A program made the translations under genes and the position numbers. The notes beneath the pieces are model-generated. The model saw only the letters and a list, made by a program, of their open reading frames with translations. It was not told the origin of the DNA and searched no databases. From Eledone cirrhosa (lineage: Eukaryota), in NCBI GenBank assembly GCA_964016885.1, contig OZ024748.1:26288001-26352000 (forward strand): DNA of 64,000 nucleotides, given 5' to 3'. Positions 60,001-64,000 of the stretch are shown here, piece by piece (position 1 is the stretch's first letter; each line of letters begins with the position of its first letter).

Positions 60001-63000
60001 ATAGAAACTCCTAAATCTACTTCTGAACTGCCTCATATAACAGACATTGAAACAATTACAATGGAAAGAACAACACAAGTTACAGATATTGAAACTGTGC
60101 GCACAACTCAGACAGAAATTACACCACAACAAACAACATCTCCTGAAGAAACAACACTGTCTACTCAGGTAGAGGACATCGTAAAGGTGACACCAACACA
60201 AGTTGCTAGCACAATGCATACATCACCTGAAACAACAGTTGTTTCATCTCCCGAACACACCTCTATAACACCTACAGATGAACTTACTAGTATTGAATAT
60301 ACAACTGAGACATCAACAGAAAAACCACTACCTATCAAGACACCTACAAGCACAGCTGAAAAGATCACTGAAACTATAACAGACACAACAGCAACAACAT
60401 CACAGCTTCCTTCAACAAGTGAAATCCATATAGAAACTCCTAAATCTACTTCTGAACTGCCTCATATAACAGACATTGAAACAAGTACAATGGAAAGAAC
60501 AACACAAATTACAGATATTGAAACTGAACGCACAACTCAGACAGAAATTACACCACAACTAACAACATCTCCTGAAGAAACAACTCTGTCTACTCAGGTA
60601 GAGGACATCGAAAAGGTGACACCAACACAAGTTGCTAGCACAATGCATACATCACCTGAAACAACAGTTGTTTCATCTCCAGAACACACCTCTATAACAC
60701 CTACAGATGAACTTACTAGTATTGAATATACAACTGAGACATCAACTGAAAAACCACTACCTATAAAGACACCTACAAGCACAGCTGAAAAGATCACTGA
60801 AACCATAACAGACACAACAGCAACAACATCACAGCTTCCTTCAACAAGTGAAATCCATATAGAAACTCCTAAATCTACTTCTGAACTGCCTCATATAACT
60901 GACATTGAAACAAGTACAGTGGAAAGAACAACACAAGTTACAGATATTGAAACTGAGCGCACAACTCAGACAGAAATTACACCACAACAAACAACATCTC
61001 CTGAAGAAACAACACTGTCTACTCAGGTAGAGGACATCGTAAAGGTGACACCAACACAAGTTGCTAGCACAATGCATACATCACCTGAAACAACAGTTGT
61101 TTCATCTCCTGAACACACCTCTATAACACCTACACATGAACTTACTAGTATTGAATATAGAACTGAGACATCAACTGAAAAATCACTACCTACGATAACA
61201 CCTACAAGCACAGCAGAAAAGATCACTGAAACCATAACAGACACAACAGCAACAACATCACAGCTTCCTTCAACAAGTGAAATCCATATAGAAACTCCTA
61301 AATCTACTTCTGAACTGCCTCATATAACTGACATTGAAACAAGTACAGTGGAAAGAACAACACAAGTTACAGATATTGAAACTGAGCGCACAACTCAGAC
61401 AGAAATTACACCACAACAAACAACATCTCCTGAAGAAACAACACTGTCTACTCAGGTAGAGGACATCGTAAAGGTGACACCAACACAAGTTGCTAGCACA
61501 ATGCATACATCACCTGAAACAACAGTTGTTTCATCTCCTGAACACACCTCTATAATACCTACACATGAACTTACTAGTATTGAATATAGAACTGAGACAT
61601 CAACTGAAAAATCACTACCTACGAAAACACCTGCAAGGACAGCAGAAAAGATCACTGAAACCATAACAGACACAACAGCAACAACATCACAGCTTCCTTC
61701 AACAAGTGAAATCCATATAGAAACTCCTAAATCTACTTCTGAACTGCCTCATATAACTGACATTGAAACAAGTACAGTGGAAAGAACAACACAAGTTACA
61801 GATATTGAAACTGTGCGCACAACTCAGACAGAAATTACACCACAACAAACAACATCTCCTGAAGAAACAACACTGTCTACTCAGGTAGAGGACATCGTAA
61901 AGGTGACACCAACACAAGTTGCTAGCACAATGCATACATCACCTGAAACAACAGTTGTTTCATCTCCCGAACACACCTCTATAACACCTACAGATGAACT
62001 TACTAGTATTGAATATACAACTGAGACATCAACAGAAAAACCACTACCTATCAAGACACCTACAAGCACAGCTGAAAAGATCACTGAAACTATAACAGAC
62101 ACAACAGCAACAACATCACAGCTTCCTTCAACAAGTGAAATCCATATAGAAACTCCTAAATCTACTTCTGAACTGCCTCATATAACAGACATTGAAACAA
62201 GTACAATGGAAAGAACAACACAAATTACAGATATTGAAACTGAACGCACAACTCAGACAGAAATTACACCACAACTAACAACATCTCCTGAAGAAACAAC
62301 TCTGTCTACTCAGGTAGAGGACATCGAAAAGGTGACACCAACACAAGTTGCTAGCACAATGCATACATCACCTGAAACAACAGTTGTTTCATCTCCAGAA
62401 CACACCTCTATAACACCTACAGATGAACTTACTAGTATTGAATATACAACTGAGACATCAACTGAAAAACCACTACCTATAAAGACACCTACAAGCACAG
62501 CTGAAAAGATCACTGAAACTAGAACAGACACAACAGCAACAACATCACAGCTTCCTTCAACAAGTGAAATCCATATAGAAAATCCTAAATCTACTTCTGA
62601 ACTGCCTCATATAACAGACATTGAAATAAGTACAATGGAAAGAACAACACAAATTACAGATATTGAAACTGAACGCACAACTCAGATAGAAATTACACCA
62701 CAACAAACAACATCTCCTGAAGAAACAACACTGTCTACTCAGGTAGAGGACATCGTAAAGGTGACACCAACACAAGTTGCTAGCACAATGCATACATCAC
62801 CTGAAACAACAGTTGTTTCATCTCCAGAACACACCTCTATAACACCTACAGATGAACTTATTAGTATTGAATATACAACTGAGACATCAACTGAAAAACC
62901 ACTACCTATCAAGACACCTACAAGCACAGCAGAAAAGATCACTGAAACTAGAACAGACACAACAGCAACAACATCACAGCTTCCTTCAACAAGTGAAATC

Positions 63001-63999
63001 CATATAGAAACTCCTAAATCTACTTCTGAACTGCCTCATATAACTGACATTGAAACAAGTACAGTGGAAAGAACAACACAAATTACAGATATTGAAACTG
63101 AACGCACAACTCAGACAGAAATTACACCACAACTAACAACATCTCCTGAAGAAACAACTCTGTCTACTCAGGTAGAGGACATCGAAAAGGTGACACCAAC
63201 ACAAGTTGCTAGCACAATGCATACATCACCTGAAACAACAGTTGTTTCATCTCCTGAACACACCTCTATAACAATTACAGATGAACTTACTAGTATTGAA
63301 TATACAACTGAGACATCAACTGAAAAACCATTACCTATCAAGACACCTACAAGCACAGCTGAAAAGATCACTGAAACTAGAACAGACACAACAGCAACAA
63401 CATCACAGCGTCCTTCAACAAGTGAAATCCATATAGAAACTCCTAAATCTACTTCTGAACTGCCTCATATAACTGACATTGAAACAAGTACAGTGGAAAG
63501 AACAACACAAATTACAGATATTGAAACTGAACGCACAACTCAGACAGAAATTACACCACAACTAACAACATCTCCTGAAGAATCAACTCTGTCTACTCAG
63601 GTAGAGGACATCGAAAAGGTGACACCAACAACAGTTGTTTCATCTCCTGAACACACCTCTATAACACCTACAGATGAACTTACTAGTATTGAATATACAA
63701 CTGAGACATCAACTGAAAAACCACTACCTATCAAGACACATACAAGCACAGCAGAAAAGATCACTGAAACTAGAACAGACACAATAGCAACAACATCACA
63801 GCTTCCTTCAACAAGTGAAATCCATATAGAAACTCCTAAATCTACTTCTGAACTGCCTCATATAACTGACATTGAAACAAGTACAGTGGAAAGAACAACA
63901 CAAGTTACAGATATTGAAACTGAGCGCACAACTCAGACAGAAATTACACCACAACAAACAACATCTCCTGAAGAAACAACACTGTCTACTCAGGTAGAG
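1..63999 (+). CDS. Internal fragment (open at both ends) of a giant mucin-like PTS/acidic tandem-repeat protein, about 21,333 codons in frame +1
   Basis: Manual translation of frame +1 gives a 143-aa unit. Unit 1 has 43 T, 16 S, 11 P, 20 E, 5 D, 5 K, 3 R and 4 H, and no C/G/W/F/N; P+T+S is about 49%. Unit anchors (the antisense stop positions 21, 450, 879, 1272 ... 63597) are all multiples of 3, so the frame never shifts. I saw no in-frame stop while reading. The ORF track has no + strand ORF even though most units contain an in-frame ATG, which is what a caller requiring a terminal stop would give if none exists in the window. Confidence 0.88.
7441..9786 (+). repeat. Higher-order duplication of ~4000-6345 (about 5.5 units; offset 3,441 bp = 8 units)
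   Basis: Units at 4203/4635/5067/5499/5928 match 7644/8076/8508/8940/9369, including three consecutive 432-bp units and the VKPT, SPKH, DIKRVTA and STEER variants. Confidence 0.92.
12784..16803 (+). repeat. Higher-order duplication of positions ~1-4020 (about 9.5 units; offset 12,783 bp = 30 units)
   Basis: The order of unit lengths (429,429,393,429,393,393,429...) and of private variants (ITIT, KTH, VFSS, SMEY, VPPT/ERT, YTTV/ETPL) is the same in both copies. Few differences were seen, e.g. GAT vs GCT near 14953 and ATT vs CTT near 16246. Confidence 0.93.
19339..31336 (+). repeat. Direct tandem duplication of a 14-unit block (period 5,958 bp)
   Basis: Anchors 19524..25056 map one-to-one onto 25482..31014 at +5958. 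The indel pattern and private variants are shared (IPPT, SGLP/ITVI, RTNT, IIET, RTYT). I noticed only about three differences (near 25534, 27267 and 30923). Confidence 0.95.
41826..45736 (+). repeat. Higher-order duplication of ~34110-38020 (about 9 units; offset 7,716 bp = 18 units)
   Basis: Shared private markers at +7716: agt ata gtg (~34330/~42046), gaactaaccagt (~35410/~43126), acaacttca, cagacggaa, tctcgagaa, gaaactagtaca and gaatcaagt. The two 426-bp units also fall in the same positions. Confidence 0.9.
61800..62560 (+). repeat. Local duplication of ~60085-60845 (offset 1,716 bp = 4 units)
   Basis: The private variants actgtgcgc, tctcccgaacac and tcaacagaaaaa recur at +1716. End points are approximate. 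Confidence 0.7.
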
Positions 64000-64000
64000 G

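Larger units (their letters stand above)
1..64000 (+). repeat. Coding tandem repeat array: 150 complete units plus a partial one; consensus 429 bp
   Basis: Anchor spacing gives 119 units of 429 bp, 10 of 393 bp, 14 of 426 bp and 7 of 432 bp. These sum to 63,969 bp, exactly the distance between anchors 21 and 63990. Units differ mainly by scattered substitutions. Confidence 0.99.

Noticed and set aside
268-62793. Minus-strand 78-aa Cys-rich ORFs (MHCASNLCWCH...) resembling metallothioneins or toxins
   Set aside because: TGT is the reverse complement of the Thr codon ACA. These ORFs appear or vanish largely according to the caa/cta variant (cta gives antisense TAG), so they are not conserved.
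21-63782. About 150 minus-strand 61-122 aa Val/Ser-rich hydrophobic ORFs (MSVLVSVIFSAVLVGV...) resembling small membrane proteins or pilins
   Set aside because: They are antisense shadows of the + strand frame: ACA/ACT/GAA-rich codons read as Val/Ser/Cys/Phe on the reverse strand. They recur once per unit, their starts and stops shift with single variants, and they have no independent gene signals.
1-63999. Assignment to a named gene (MUC2, MUC5AC, MUC16, MUC17, zonadhesin, bacterial serine-rich adhesin)
   Set aside because: No diagnostic non-repeat domain is in the window and I do not recognise the repeat sequence. Compositional similarity alone cannot give orthology or taxon.
1-64000. CRISPR array or repeat-spacer/cassette system
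   Set aside because: There are no unique spacers: the entire 429-bp unit is repeated. No cas, recombinase or reverse transcriptase gene is present in the window.
1-64000. Non-coding satellite or centromeric DNA
   Set aside because: Unit length and all indels are multiples of 3, one frame is stop-free throughout, and the translation has a coherent mucin-like composition.
1-64000. Whole array as a pure assembly or synthetic artefact
   Set aside because: Units carry hierarchical, shared and private variants consistent with real evolutionary history. The exact copy number of the near-identical blocks still needs read-level validation.

Overview
The whole 64 kb window is one tandem array of a 429-bp unit, with about 150 copies and about 38% GC in unit 1. 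The + strand is strongly A/C-rich and G-poor. Read in + strand frame 1, the array is a single uninterrupted open reading frame of about 21,300 codons, with no stop codon seen and both gene ends outside the window. It encodes an acidic Thr/Ser/Pro/Glu-rich 143-aa repeat: EETTLSTQVEDIEKVTPTQVASTMHTSPETTVVSSPEHTSITPTDELTSIEYTTETSTEKPLPIKTPTSTAEKITETRTDTTATTSQLPSTSEIHIETPKSTSELPHITDIETSTVERTTQITDIETERTTQTEITPQ(Q/L)TTSP. This looks like the PTS domain of a giant mucin-like glycoprotein. The supplied ORF track misses it and lists only short antisense shadow ORFs. All unit-length variants (393, 426, 432 bp) keep the reading frame. Diagnostic variants show nested multi-unit duplications at offsets of 12,783, 3,441, 5,958, 7,716 and 1,716 bp. 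The organism, gene identity and terminal domains cannot be determined from this window.
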